A stretch of 64,000 nt of DNA from the NCBI GenBank assembly GCA_035652635.1, contig DASRDL010000143.1:899-64898 (forward strand), read 5' to 3'. How positions within the stretch are numbered: the first letter of the stretch is position 1; every line of letters begins with the position of its first letter. The notes under the pieces were generated by a model. It was not told the DNA's origin and did not search any database. It saw nothing but the letters and a program-made list of their open reading frames with translations. Of the stretch, positions 46,914 to 56,222 are shown one piece after another. Position numbers and translations under genes: made by a program. This DNA is from Hyphomicrobiaceae bacterium. GTDB taxonomy: Bacteria; Pseudomonadota; Alphaproteobacteria; Rhizobiales; Hyphomicrobiaceae.

Positions 46914-47701
46914 GAGGAGCGCTCCGCATCCTCAGGGCCCTCCGCGCCGCGGCGCGCGATGGCGAGGAACACCTCCTCGAGATTGGCGCGACCGAAGCGC
47001 TTGATGAGCTCGGCCGGCGTCTCGTCGGCGATCAGCCGGCCCTTCTCCAGCATGAGCACGCGATCGGCGAGACGCTCGACCTCGGCCATGTTGTGGGAGG
47101 CGAGCACCACCGTGGCCGCCCGCCCGCGGCAGTAGAGCTCGAGCTTGGACCGCACCCAGTCGGCGGTGTCGGGATCGAGCGAGGCGGTGGGCTCGTCGAG
47201 CAGCAGCAGCTCGGGCTCGTTGAGGAGCGCCTTGGCGAGGCTCACGCGCGTCTTCTGGCCCGCGGAGAGCTTGCCGTAGGGCCGGTCCAGCAGCTCGGCC
47301 AGCCTGAACTCGTCCGCCATCTCGGCGATGCGCCCCTTCAGGTCGCGCACGCCGTAGAGCCTGGCGAACACCTCGAGGTTCTGCCGCACGGTGAGGCGCA
47401 TCGGCACGTCGACATAGGGGCTCTCGAAGTTCATCCGGTGCAGCACCTTGTGGCGCTCGCGCGCCATGTCGGCGCCGAACACGCGTGCCTCGCCGGCAGT
47501 GGGCACCACGAGCCCCATCAGCATGGAGATGGTGGTGGTCTTGCCCGCCCCGTTGCCGCCCAGGAGCGCGGTGATCGAGCCGCGCGCCAGGCTGAACGTG
47601 ATGCCGTCGACGGCGGCGATCTCGCGGTAGACCTTGCGCAGGTCCCGCACGGCGACGGGTGGCGGGACGGCGCCACTGCTCTGCAGCATCGTCTTTTGCA
47701 T
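46910..47701 (-). CDS. ABC transporter ATP-binding protein (ABC-2 exporter type)
   Basis: Starts MQKTMLQSSG. Walker A GGNGAGKTT, signature LSAGQKTR, Walker B LLLDEPTASLD. Confidence 0.88.
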   Translation of the reverse strand: MQKTMLQSSGAVPPPVAVRDLRKVYREIAAVDGITFSLARGSITALLGGNGAGKTTTISMLMGLVVPTAGEARVFGADMARERHKVLHRMNFESPYVDVPMRLTVRQNLEVFARLYGVRDLKGRIAEMADEFRLAELLDRPYGKLSAGQKTRVSLAKALLNEPELLLLDEPTASLDPDTADWVRSKLELYCRGRAATVVLASHNMAEVERLADRVLMLEKGRLIADETPAELIKRFGRANLEEVFLAIARRGAEGPEDAERSS

Positions 47702-47767
47702 CGGACGTGGTAGCCTGAGAATGCGCCGCACTGGCAGGATCGTGCGGGTTTCGGTCTCGGCGCTATG

Positions 47768-47784
47768 TTCTATCTGGGATAGAA
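47768..47784. promoter_or_regulatory. AT-rich inverted repeat TTCTATC-TGG-GATAGAA
   Basis: 7-bp perfect arms in the 152-bp divergent region between the ABC-senC operon and regB. Confidence 0.3.
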
Positions 47785-47853
47785 AGCTGCGCAAGGCAAG
47801 CTTCGGGACCTAGGCGCCCGGCGAGACCTAACCCCCGGAAGGACGAACGGACA

Positions 47854-49263
47854 ATGGCCATCCTTCAGGCCGAACGCCACAGGACCGAGCCGAGCCAGAG
47901 CCGGCTGCGCCTGCAGACCGCCGTGCGGCTGCGCTGGTTCGGGGTGATCGGCCAGCTGGTGACGGTCTGCTTCGTCTACCTCATCCTCGACTACCCGCTC
48001 CCGTTCGGGATCTGCCTCGCCTTCATCGCCCTGTCGGCGTGGCTCAACGTCTTCCTGCGCATCATCTACCCTGCCCGCACGCGGCTGAGCTCGGTATTCG
48101 CCACCTGCCTGCTCGCCTACGACATCCTGCAGCTCGCCGCCCTCCTCTACCTGACGGGCGGCATCGAGAACCCGTTCACCTTCCTGCTCGTGGCGCCGGT
48201 GACGGTGTCCGCCGCCACCCTGCCGCCGCGCAACACGATCGCGCTCGGGCTCGTCGGCGCGGCGGCCACGGTGCTGCTCTTGATCTATCACCTGCCGCTG
48301 CCGTGGCAGCGCTATGCGCCGTTCGAGCTGCCGATGCTCTACAAGCTCGGCCTCCTGGCCTCCGTGCTGTCGGGCATGATCTTCCTGGCCCTCTACGTGT
48401 GGCGCCTCGCCAAGGAGGGCCGGCAGATGGCGGATGCGCTGGCCGCCACCGAGATGGTGCTGGCGCGGGAGCAGCAGCTGCACGCGCTCGACGGCCTGGC
48501 GGCGGCGGCGGCGCACGAGCTGGGCACGCCGCTCTCCACCATCGCCGTGGTCGCCAAGGAGCTGGCGAGAGACGTGCCGAAAGGGAGCCAGCTCGCCGAG
48601 GACGTGACGCTGCTGCAGACCCAGGCCATGCGCTGCCGGGAGATCCTGCGCAAGCTGACGCGAGCCCCCACGGAGCCGGACCCACTGCACGCGCGCCTGA
48701 GCATCACCCAGCTGCTGGACGAAGCGGCCGCGCCCTACCGGGGCTTCAGCGCCGAGCTCATCCTCACCGCGGCCGCCGAGCCGGGGGCGGAGGGGGCGGC
48801 CCTGCACGAGCCCGTGGGCGAGCGTCGCCCTGGCGTGCTGCACGGGCTCGGCAACCTCATCGAGAACGCGGTGGACTTCGCCGACGCCCGCGTCGAGATC
48901 AGGGCGACGTGGTCGGCGCGCGAGGTCGTCATCGAGATCGCCGACGACGGTCCCGGCATCCCCCCCGACGTCATGGACGCGCTGGGAGAGCCTTACATAA
49001 CGACGCGTCCCGCGCGGCCCCGCGGTCCGTCAAAGGATGGCGGACCTTCGGGCCTCGGCCTCGGCTTCTTCATAGCCAAGACCCTGCTGGAGCGCTCCGG
49101 CGCCACGGTGACGCTCGACAACCGGGACCGGCCGAAGCACGGCGCCGTCGTCACGGTGAGCTGGCCGCGGGAGGTGTTCGAGACGAAGCGGGCTGCCGCC
49201 TCGGGCTTCACGGCAAGGCCGGCTGAGCCTCAGCACATGGATTTGGACCGCAGCATTCATTAA
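47854..49263 (+). CDS. regB: redox-responsive sensor histidine kinase RegB/PrrB/ActS
   Basis: Multi-pass membrane N-terminus with quinone-site motif GGIENPF. H-box AAAAHELGTPLS. Redox Cys in MRCREIL. HATPase GLGLGFFIAK. Confidence 0.9.
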   Translation: MAILQAERHRTEPSQSRLRLQTAVRLRWFGVIGQLVTVCFVYLILDYPLPFGICLAFIALSAWLNVFLRIIYPARTRLSSVFATCLLAYDILQLAALLYLTGGIENPFTFLLVAPVTVSAATLPPRNTIALGLVGAAATVLLLIYHLPLPWQRYAPFELPMLYKLGLLASVLSGMIFLALYVWRLAKEGRQMADALAATEMVLAREQQLHALDGLAAAAAHELGTPLSTIAVVAKELARDVPKGSQLAEDVTLLQTQAMRCREILRKLTRAPTEPDPLHARLSITQLLDEAAAPYRGFSAELILTAAAEPGAEGAALHEPVGERRPGVLHGLGNLIENAVDFADARVEIRATWSAREVVIEIADDGPGIPPDVMDALGEPYITTRPARPRGPSKDGGPSGLGLGFFIAKTLLERSGATVTLDNRDRPKHGAVVTVSWPREVFETKRAAASGFTARPAEPQHMDLDRSIH

Positions 49264-49335
49264 GAAGTCTGCCGGGCGCAGGCTTGGGGCCCATCGGCGG
49301 GCCGGATATACTGCGGTGGAGCTGGAGATACGGAC

Positions 49336-49899
49336 GTGACGGAAGACTTTGCATTCAGGCCGGACGAGCTGCCGGAGGACCGTTCGCTCATCCTGGTGGA
49401 CGATGATCGGGCCTTCGTGCTGCGGCTGGCACGCGCCATGGAGACGCGCGGTTTCGAGGTTCGCACCGCCCACTCGGTGGCGGAGGGCATGGAGCTGATA
49501 CGCCAGAAGGCGCCGGCGTTCGCCATCGTCGACATGCGCCTGGAGGACGGCAACGGCCTCGACGTGCTGGCGGAGCTTTCCAAGCTTCGCCCCGGCGCGC
49601 GCAGCATCGTGCTCACCGGCTACGGCAACATCGCCACGGCGGTGACGGCGGTGAAGCTCGGTGCCGTCGACTACCTGGCCAAGCCCGCCGACGCCGACGA
49701 GGTGACGGACGCGCTGCTGGCCCCGCCCAACGAGAAGGCACCCCCGCCGGAGAACCCCATGTCGGCCGACCGGGTGCGGTGGGAGCACATCCAGCGCGTC
49801 TACGAGCTGTGCAACCGCAATGTCTCGGAGACGGCCCGGCGCCTCAACATGCACCGGCGCACGCTGCAGCGCATCCTGGCCAAGCGCGCCCCGAAGTAG
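49336..49899 (+). CDS. regA: response regulator RegA/PrrA/ActR
   Basis: Receiver LILVDDD...VDMRLEDGNGLD and the strongly conserved HTH NVSETARRLNMHRRTLQRILAK. GTG start. Confidence 0.92.
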   Translation: MTEDFAFRPDELPEDRSLILVDDDRAFVLRLARAMETRGFEVRTAHSVAEGMELIRQKAPAFAIVDMRLEDGNGLDVLAELSKLRPGARSIVLTGYGNIATAVTAVKLGAVDYLAKPADADEVTDALLAPPNEKAPPPENPMSADRVRWEHIQRVYELCNRNVSETARRLNMHRRTLQRILAKRAPK

Positions 49900-50130
49900 G
49901 GTCGCGATCCCGCGCACCGTTTACTGCCATTGATCCTGCGCAAAGCGGGCCTCCCGGCACCGGGCAACGCTGCCGGCGATGGACGGAGGCGTGCCATGCC
50001 CGCCGCATGAGCGACGGCTGCGGGGAGCATTGCTCGTCTCTGTCCGTCATGCCCGCCGCGCCGTGCCGAACGGCCTCGCACGCCGCAACCGCGAGCTGGC
50101 GGGATCGAACGAGACGGGAGGAAGGACAAC

Positions 50131-51243
50131 ATGGCGGAAGAGGTCTTTCGCTTCGCCGACGAGCTGGGCCCGGAGAAGATCCTCCACATCTGGGAGCCGC
50201 GCCTCGGCCTCAAGGCTATCGTCGTGGTCGACAACACCGCGGCCGGCCCGGCCATCGGCGGCACGCGCATGGCGCCGGACGTGAGCGCCGAGGAGTGCTT
50301 CCGGCTCGCGCGCGCCATGACGTTCAAGAACGCGGCGGCCGGTCTGCCGCACGGCGGCGCCAAGTCGGTAATCTTCGGCGACCCATCGATGCCGGCGCCC
50401 GACAAGGAGCGGCGGGTGCGCGCCTTCGCAGCCGCCATACGCCGCGTCGAGGAGTATGTGCCCGGGCCGGACATGGGCACCAACGAGACCGCCATGGCCT
50501 GGGTGAAGGACGAGATCGGCCGCTGCGTCGGCCTCCCGCGCGAGGTGGGCGGCATCCCCCTCGACGAGATCGGCGCCACCGGCCTGGGCCTGGCCGTAGC
50601 GGCGGAAGCCGCGCAGGAGTTCTCCGGCGTCCGCCTCGAGGGCGCCAGGGTGGCCGTGCAGGGCTTCGGCGCCGTCGGTCATCACGCTGCGCGCTTCCTG
50701 GCCGCCAGGGGCGCGCGCCTCGTCGCGGCGTCCGACAGCAAGGGCGCGGTCTACGACCCGAAGGGCCTCGACATCGGCGAGCTGGAAGCGCTCAAGGCAA
50801 GGGGCGGAAGCCTTGCGCAGTGCGGTGCAGCAAAGAAGATCACGGCCGAGGACCTGATCGGCGTCGACTGCGACATCTGGATCCCGGCGGCGCGCCCCGA
50901 CGTTATCCGCGAGGACAACGTCGACGGCCTCAAGGCGCGGCTGGTGCTGCAGGGCGCCAACATTCCCGCAACACCCGGCGCGGAGCGGCGTATGCACGAG
51001 CGCGGCATACACTCGATCCCCGACTTCATCGCCAATGCCGGCGGGGTCATCGCCGCGTCTGTCGAGTATCACGGCGGGACGGAGAAGATTGCGTTGGATA
51101 CCATCGCCGAGAAGATCGCGGCCAACACGCGCGCGGTGCTCGACATGGCAAGAGGCAGGCGCATACTTCCGCGCGAGGCGGCCGTTGTGCTTGCGCGTCA
51201 GCGCGTCGAGCGGGCGATGAGCTTGCGGCGGTGGCAAGCCTGA
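50131..51243 (+). CDS. Glu/Leu/Phe/Val-family amino-acid dehydrogenase (leucine/valine dehydrogenase-like)
   Basis: Catalytic region FKNAAAGLPHGGAKSVI, NAD fold VAVQGFGAVGHHAARFL. Confidence 0.85.
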   Translation: MAEEVFRFADELGPEKILHIWEPRLGLKAIVVVDNTAAGPAIGGTRMAPDVSAEECFRLARAMTFKNAAAGLPHGGAKSVIFGDPSMPAPDKERRVRAFAAAIRRVEEYVPGPDMGTNETAMAWVKDEIGRCVGLPREVGGIPLDEIGATGLGLAVAAEAAQEFSGVRLEGARVAVQGFGAVGHHAARFLAARGARLVAASDSKGAVYDPKGLDIGELEALKARGGSLAQCGAAKKITAEDLIGVDCDIWIPAARPDVIREDNVDGLKARLVLQGANIPATPGAERRMHERGIHSIPDFIANAGGVIAASVEYHGGTEKIALDTIAEKIAANTRAVLDMARGRRILPREAAVVLARQRVERAMSLRRWQA

Positions 51244-51266
51244 TGCCGGGACGGGGTGGTGAGCCT

Positions 51267-52352
51267 ATGACGGACGAAGACCTGCCGGTGATCGCTCGCT
51301 TCGAGGTGCGTCGCCGCGGCTACTTGGCCCCGGACGGCAGGGCGCTCGGCAAGCTGCCCGGGTTCGCCGGCGATGCCGCCAACCTCATTGCGCTCTACCG
51401 GGCCATGGTGCTGACGCGCACCTTCGATCTCAAGGCGGTCTCCCTGCAGCGCACGGGGCGGCTCGGCACCTATGCGGTGTCGCTGGGGCAGGAGGCGGTG
51501 TCGGTCGGCGTCGCCAGCGCCATGCGCCAGGAGGACGTGCTGCTGCCCTCCTACCGCGACAACGGCACGCTGCTGTGGCGCGGGGTGAAGATGGAGGAGA
51601 TCCTGCTCTACTGGGGCGGCGACGAGCGCGGCAACCTCTCATCGGGCCCCGCGCACGACTTTCCCTTCTGTGTTCCCGTGGGCTCGCAAGCCCCGCACGC
51701 GGCGGGCGTTGCCTATGCCCTCAAATTCCGCAAGGAGCCGCGCGTCGCCGTGTGCCTGTTCGGCGACGGCGCCACCTCCAAGGGCGACGTGTACGAAGCC
51801 ATGAATTTCGCCGGCGCGCAGAAGCTGCCGCTCGTCTTCGTGGTCAACAACAACCAGTGGGCCATCTCGGTGCCGCTGAAGCAGCAGACCGCCTGCCAGA
51901 CGCTGGCGCAGAAGGCCATTGCCGGGGGCTTCCGCGGCGAGCAGGTGGACGGCAACGACGTGATCGCGGTTCGCGATGGTGTCGAGGAAGCGATTGCCGC
52001 GGCCCGCGACGGCAAGGGACCACACCTGATCGAGGCGCTCACGTACCGGCTGGGCGATCACACCACGGCCGACGACGCGGCCCGCTACCGCCCTCCGGAG
52101 GAGGTGCAGGCGCACTGGAAGGAGGAGCCGATCGCGCGGCTCAGAGTCCACCTCGTCGGCCGCAAGGCCTGGGGCAAGGCCGAGGAGGAGCAGCTGTCGG
52201 CCGAATGCCAGCAGCGCGTCGAGGCCGCGGTGGAGCGCTATCTCGCCATGGGGCCGCGCGCGCCGGAGACCATGTTCGATCACCTCTACGCCAGGCTGCC
52301 GGACGTCTACACGCCCCAGCGGAGCGAGCTGGAGGGCAGCTCCCATGGCTGA
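51267..52352 (+). CDS. 2-oxoacid (branched-chain/pyruvate type) dehydrogenase E1 alpha subunit
   Basis: Starts MTDEDLPVIARF within ORF 49779-52352. ThDP motif GDGATSKGDVYEAMNFAGAQKLPLVFVVNNNQWA. Confidence 0.88.
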   Translation: MTDEDLPVIARFEVRRRGYLAPDGRALGKLPGFAGDAANLIALYRAMVLTRTFDLKAVSLQRTGRLGTYAVSLGQEAVSVGVASAMRQEDVLLPSYRDNGTLLWRGVKMEEILLYWGGDERGNLSSGPAHDFPFCVPVGSQAPHAAGVAYALKFRKEPRVAVCLFGDGATSKGDVYEAMNFAGAQKLPLVFVVNNNQWAISVPLKQQTACQTLAQKAIAGGFRGEQVDGNDVIAVRDGVEEAIAAARDGKGPHLIEALTYRLGDHTTADDAARYRPPEEVQAHWKEEPIARLRVHLVGRKAWGKAEEEQLSAECQQRVEAAVERYLAMGPRAPETMFDHLYARLPDVYTPQRSELEGSSHG

Positions 52353-53325
52353 GGTGACGCTGGTCGAGGCCGTCAACCTGGCGCTGGCGCGCGCCATGCA
52401 GGAGGATCCGAGCGTCGTCGTGCTGGGCGAGGACGTCGGCGTCAACGGCGGCGTGTTTCGCGCCACGGTCGGCCTGCTGAAGCGCTTCGGGCCCGAGCGC
52501 GTGATCGACACGCCGCTGGCGGAGCTGCTCATCAGCGGCCTGTGCGTCGGCATGGCGGTGCAAGGGCTCAAGCCCGTGGGCGAGATCCAGTTCATGGGCT
52601 TTGTCTACCCGTGCATCGACCAGCTGGTGAACCACGCCTCGCGGCTGCGCAACCGAACGCAAGGGCGGCTCAGCTGCCCGATGGTGCTGCGCACACCGTG
52701 CGGCGCCGGCATCCGCGCGCCGGAGCATCACTCCGAGAGCACCGAGGCGATGCTGGCGCACATTCCCGGCCTGAGGGTCGTCGTTCCCTCCTCGCCGGAG
52801 CGGGCCTACGGCCTTCTGCTCGCGGCGATCCGCGATCCCGACCCGGTGGTGTTCCTCGAGCCGACGCGGCTCTACCGGTCGGGCAAGGGCGAGGTGGAGG
52901 ACAACGGCGAGGCGCTGCCACTCGACGTCGCGTTCGTCCTGCGGCAGGGCAAGGACGTGACGCTGATCGCCTGGGGTGCGATCCTGAAGGAGACTCTGGC
53001 GGCGGCGGAGGAATTGGCCGGCGAGGGCATCAGCGCCGAGGTGATCGACCTCGCCACGCTGAAGCCTTATGACGAGCGGACCATCCTCGCCTCGGTCGCG
53101 AAGACCGGGCGTTGCGTGATCGTGCACGAGGCCGCGCGCACGTGCGGCTTCGGCGCCGAGATCGCCGCGCTCATTGCCGAGCGCGGGCTCACGTCCCTGC
53201 TCGCTCCCATCGCGCGCGTCACGGGCTACGACACGGTGATCCCGCTGCCGCGGCTCGAGCAGCACTACATGCCCTCGGTCGGCCGCATCGTCGCGGCCGT
53301 GCGCCGGACCTGCCAGTTCGCCTGA
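52345..53325 (+). CDS. 2-oxoacid dehydrogenase E1 beta subunit
   Basis: MAEVTLVEAVNLALARAM...VVLGEDVG...RVIDTPLAE pattern. 8-bp overlap with E1 alpha. Confidence 0.9.
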   Translation: MAEVTLVEAVNLALARAMQEDPSVVVLGEDVGVNGGVFRATVGLLKRFGPERVIDTPLAELLISGLCVGMAVQGLKPVGEIQFMGFVYPCIDQLVNHASRLRNRTQGRLSCPMVLRTPCGAGIRAPEHHSESTEAMLAHIPGLRVVVPSSPERAYGLLLAAIRDPDPVVFLEPTRLYRSGKGEVEDNGEALPLDVAFVLRQGKDVTLIAWGAILKETLAAAEELAGEGISAEVIDLATLKPYDERTILASVAKTGRCVIVHEAARTCGFGAEIAALIAERGLTSLLAPIARVTGYDTVIPLPRLEQHYMPSVGRIVAAVRRTCQFA

Positions 53326-53338
53326 ACCGCATCGGAGG

Positions 53339-54445
53339 GTGCCCATGCGCCAGTTCCTCTTGCCGGACCTCGGGGAAGGCCTGGAGGAGGCCGAGATCGT
53401 CTCCTGGCACGTCACCGAGGGCGATCACGTGGTCGCCGACCAGCCGCTGGTCTCGGTGGAGACCGACAAGGCAGTGGTGGAGGTGCCCTCCCCGCACAGC
53501 GGCCGCATCGCCCGGCTGTTCGGCGCCAAGGGCGACCTCGTGAAGGTGGGTGCGCCCCTGGTCGAGTTCGCCGAGGGGCCCGAGGCCGACACGGGCACGG
53601 TCGTGGGCGAGCTGCGCCACGAGGAGCCGGAACGCCAACGGGAGGCGCCGGCCGAGGCGATGCGGGCCAAGCCCATTCAGGTGCTGCCGGCCGTGCGGGC
53701 GCTGGCGCGCAAGCTCGAGGTCGACCTCAACGTGGTCCACCCCACCGGGCCGGACGGCACCATCACCCGGGCCGACGTGGAGCGCGCGGCCAAGAGCCTA
53801 ACCGAGGCGGGCCCGGCCGAGCCGCTGCGGGGCATGCGCCGCGCCATGGCCCAGCGCATGGCGGCGGCCCATGCCGAGGTTGTGCCGGCCAGCGTGACGG
53901 AGGAGGCCGACATCGGCGACTGGCGGCCCGGCGAGGACGCCACCATCCGCCTCGTGCGCGCGATCGCGGCGGCCTGCAAGACGGAGCCGTCGCTCAACGC
54001 CTGGTACAACGCCGCGGCCGCCGAGCGCAGGCTCGTCAAGCGCGTCGACATCGGCATTGCGGTGGATACCGAGGGCGGGCTCATCGTGCCCGTGCTGCGC
54101 AACGTCGGCGAGCGCGATGCGCAGGATCTGCGGGCCGGCCTCAATCGCATGCGGGCCGATGCGGCGGCCCGCTCCATCCCGCCCGAGGAGCTGCGCGGCG
54201 CCACCATCACGCTCTCCAATTTCGGCATGATCGGCGGACGCTTCGCCAACCTCGTCGTGGTGCCGCCGCAGGTGGCGATTATCGGCGCGGGGCGCATCGC
54301 CCAGCGCGTGATGGTGCACGAGCGCCAGCCGGCGGTGCGCGCGGTGCTGCCCCTCTCGCTCACGTTCGACCACCGCGTGGTGAACGGAGGCGAGGCGGCG
54401 CGCTTCCTCGTAGCCCTGAAGCTCGATCTCGAGCGCGCGGCTTGA
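53339..54445 (+). CDS. dihydrolipoamide acyltransferase E2 component
   Basis: Lipoyl motif VSVETDKAVVEVPSP, E3/E1-binding LPAVRALARKLEVDL, catalytic SLTFDHRVVNGGEAARF. Confidence 0.9.
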   Translation: MPMRQFLLPDLGEGLEEAEIVSWHVTEGDHVVADQPLVSVETDKAVVEVPSPHSGRIARLFGAKGDLVKVGAPLVEFAEGPEADTGTVVGELRHEEPERQREAPAEAMRAKPIQVLPAVRALARKLEVDLNVVHPTGPDGTITRADVERAAKSLTEAGPAEPLRGMRRAMAQRMAAAHAEVVPASVTEEADIGDWRPGEDATIRLVRAIAAACKTEPSLNAWYNAAAAERRLVKRVDIGIAVDTEGGLIVPVLRNVGERDAQDLRAGLNRMRADAAARSIPPEELRGATITLSNFGMIGGRFANLVVVPPQVAIIGAGRIAQRVMVHERQPAVRAVLPLSLTFDHRVVNGGEAARFLVALKLDLERAA

Positions 54446-54465
54446 TGCCCGTGCGGCGGCGGCGC

Positions 54466-54690
54466 TCAGACCTTCTCGATGCTGAGCTGGGCGCCGTTCA
54501 GCTCCTCCAGCACGTCGTCGTTCAGTGTCTCCATCAGCGCGCCGATGCTGGTGGTCTTCTGCAGCCGGCGGTCCTGCATCTGCGCCCACACGTCGGCGAA
54601 GGCGCGACCGAAGCTTTCCGCATCCGTGATCACGTGGATGCCTTCGTAAAGGCTGGCGCCCTTTCTGCTGATGCTAAGCTTGATTTTCAT
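54466..54690 (-). CDS. hypothetical small protein (74 aa)
   Basis: ATG 54690 preceded by GGAGGTG. Sequence MKIKLSISRKGASLYEGIHVITDAESF... has non-repetitive, charged, helical-looking composition. No family recognised. Confidence 0.55.
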   Translation of the reverse strand: MKIKLSISRKGASLYEGIHVITDAESFGRAFADVWAQMQDRRLQKTTSIGALMETLNDDVLEELNGAQLSIEKV

Positions 54691-54793
54691 GGCCACCTCC
54701 AAGGCTGCCTGACACATTAGCTTGCGTGCGGCCCTTCGCCAGTCGTTGGAGCGCCGGCCCGTCGGCAGAGAAGCCGATGGCAGGGCGTCCGCC

Positions 54794-54807
54794 TTGATGC
54801 GCATCAA
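54794..54807. promoter_or_regulatory. perfect FNR/FixK-type box TTGAT-N4-ATCAA
   Basis: TTGATGCGCATCAA. 57 bp upstream of the pncB ATG and 104 bp upstream of the divergent 74-aa ORF. Confidence 0.6.
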
Positions 54808-54863
54808 CGTGGCCGGAGGGACCGCAATCCAACCTGGGCCAATCCAGCGCCAGTGGTGATCAC

Positions 54864-56222
54864 ATGGATGTCGCTGCAAGCCCGCTGCTGACCGACCTCT
54901 ATCAGCTCAACATGATCCAGGCCTACCTGGAGCATGGGGAGACGCGGCCGGCGGTGTTCGAATTCTTCGTGCGCAAGCTTCCCTCCCGGCGCGGGTTCCT
55001 GGTCGCGGCCGGCCTCGAGCAGGCGCTCGACTTCCTCGAAGAGCTGCGCTTCCCGCCGGAGGAGCTCGCATGGCTCGAGAGGAGCGGACGCTTCGGCGAG
55101 GACGTGCTCGCCTATCTTGCCGGGCTGCGCTTCACCGGCGATGTGCACGCCATGCCCGAGGGCACGGTGTTCTTCGCCAACGAGCCGATCCTGCGCGTGA
55201 CGGCGCCGCTGCCGCAGGCGCAGCTCGTGGAGACGCGCCTCATCAACGTGGTGCACTTCCAGTCACTGATCGCGGCCAAGGCCGCGCGCATGGTGCTGGC
55301 GGCGCCCGGCAAATTGCTGGTCGATTTCGGCCTGCGCCGCGCGCATGGCGCGGACGCCGGCCTGATGGCCGCGCGGGCGAGCTACATCGCGGGGTTCGCC
55401 GGCACCGCCACCATGCTGGCCGGCAAGCTGTTCGGCATTCCGATCTACGGCACGATGGCGCATTCCTTCGTGCAGGCCTGGGACGACGAGGCCGAGGCGT
55501 TCGCGGCGTTCGCCCGCTCCCGTCCGGAGAACCTGATCCTCCTGATCGACACCTATGACACCGAGGCGGCGGCCCACAAGGTCGTCGCGCTGGCTCCGCG
55601 CCTCCAAGCGGCCGGCATCAAGGTGCGCGGCGTGCGCCTCGACAGCGGCGATCTCATCGCCCTGTCCAAGAGCGTGCGGCGCATCCTGGATGAGGGCGGG
55701 CTCGGCGACGTCACCATCTTCGCGAGCGGCGGCATCGACGAGGACGAGCTGGTCGGGATGGCGGCAGAACACGCCCCCATCGACGGCTTCGGCATCGGCA
55801 CGAGCCTCACTACCTCCTCGGACGTGCCCGCGCTCGACTGCGCCTACAAGCTGCAGGAGTACGCCGGGCTGCCGCGCCGCAAGCGCTCGACGGGCAAGGC
55901 GACGTGGCCTGGCCGCAAGCAGGTGTGGCGCAGCTACGGCCCGGACGGCCGCATGTCCGGCGATACCCTCTCCGTGGAGGACGACCGCCAGCCCGGCGAG
56001 CCGCTGATCGAGCCCGTCATGCGCAATGGGCGGCGCCTCGGGACCCGGCCGACGCTGGCCGAGATCCGTGAGCGCACCGCTCACGCTCTCGCACGGCTGC
56101 CCGAGCCTCTGCGCCGGCTGGAGCCGGGCGCCCCCTATCCGGTACAAGTGACGGAGAGACTGGTGCAATTGGCGGCCGAGGTGGACGAGCGCCTGGCGCG
56201 GCAGGAAAGGGCCCGACCATGA
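54864..56222 (+). CDS. pncB: nicotinate phosphoribosyltransferase
   Basis: N-terminal LLTDLYQLNMIQAY. GTMAHSFVQ. 452 aa NAPRTase pattern. Confidence 0.88.
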   Translation: MDVAASPLLTDLYQLNMIQAYLEHGETRPAVFEFFVRKLPSRRGFLVAAGLEQALDFLEELRFPPEELAWLERSGRFGEDVLAYLAGLRFTGDVHAMPEGTVFFANEPILRVTAPLPQAQLVETRLINVVHFQSLIAAKAARMVLAAPGKLLVDFGLRRAHGADAGLMAARASYIAGFAGTATMLAGKLFGIPIYGTMAHSFVQAWDDEAEAFAAFARSRPENLILLIDTYDTEAAAHKVVALAPRLQAAGIKVRGVRLDSGDLIALSKSVRRILDEGGLGDVTIFASGGIDEDELVGMAAEHAPIDGFGIGTSLTTSSDVPALDCAYKLQEYAGLPRRKRSTGKATWPGRKQVWRSYGPDGRMSGDTLSVEDDRQPGEPLIEPVMRNGRRLGTRPTLAEIRERTAHALARLPEPLRRLEPGAPYPVQVTERLVQLAAEVDERLARQERARP

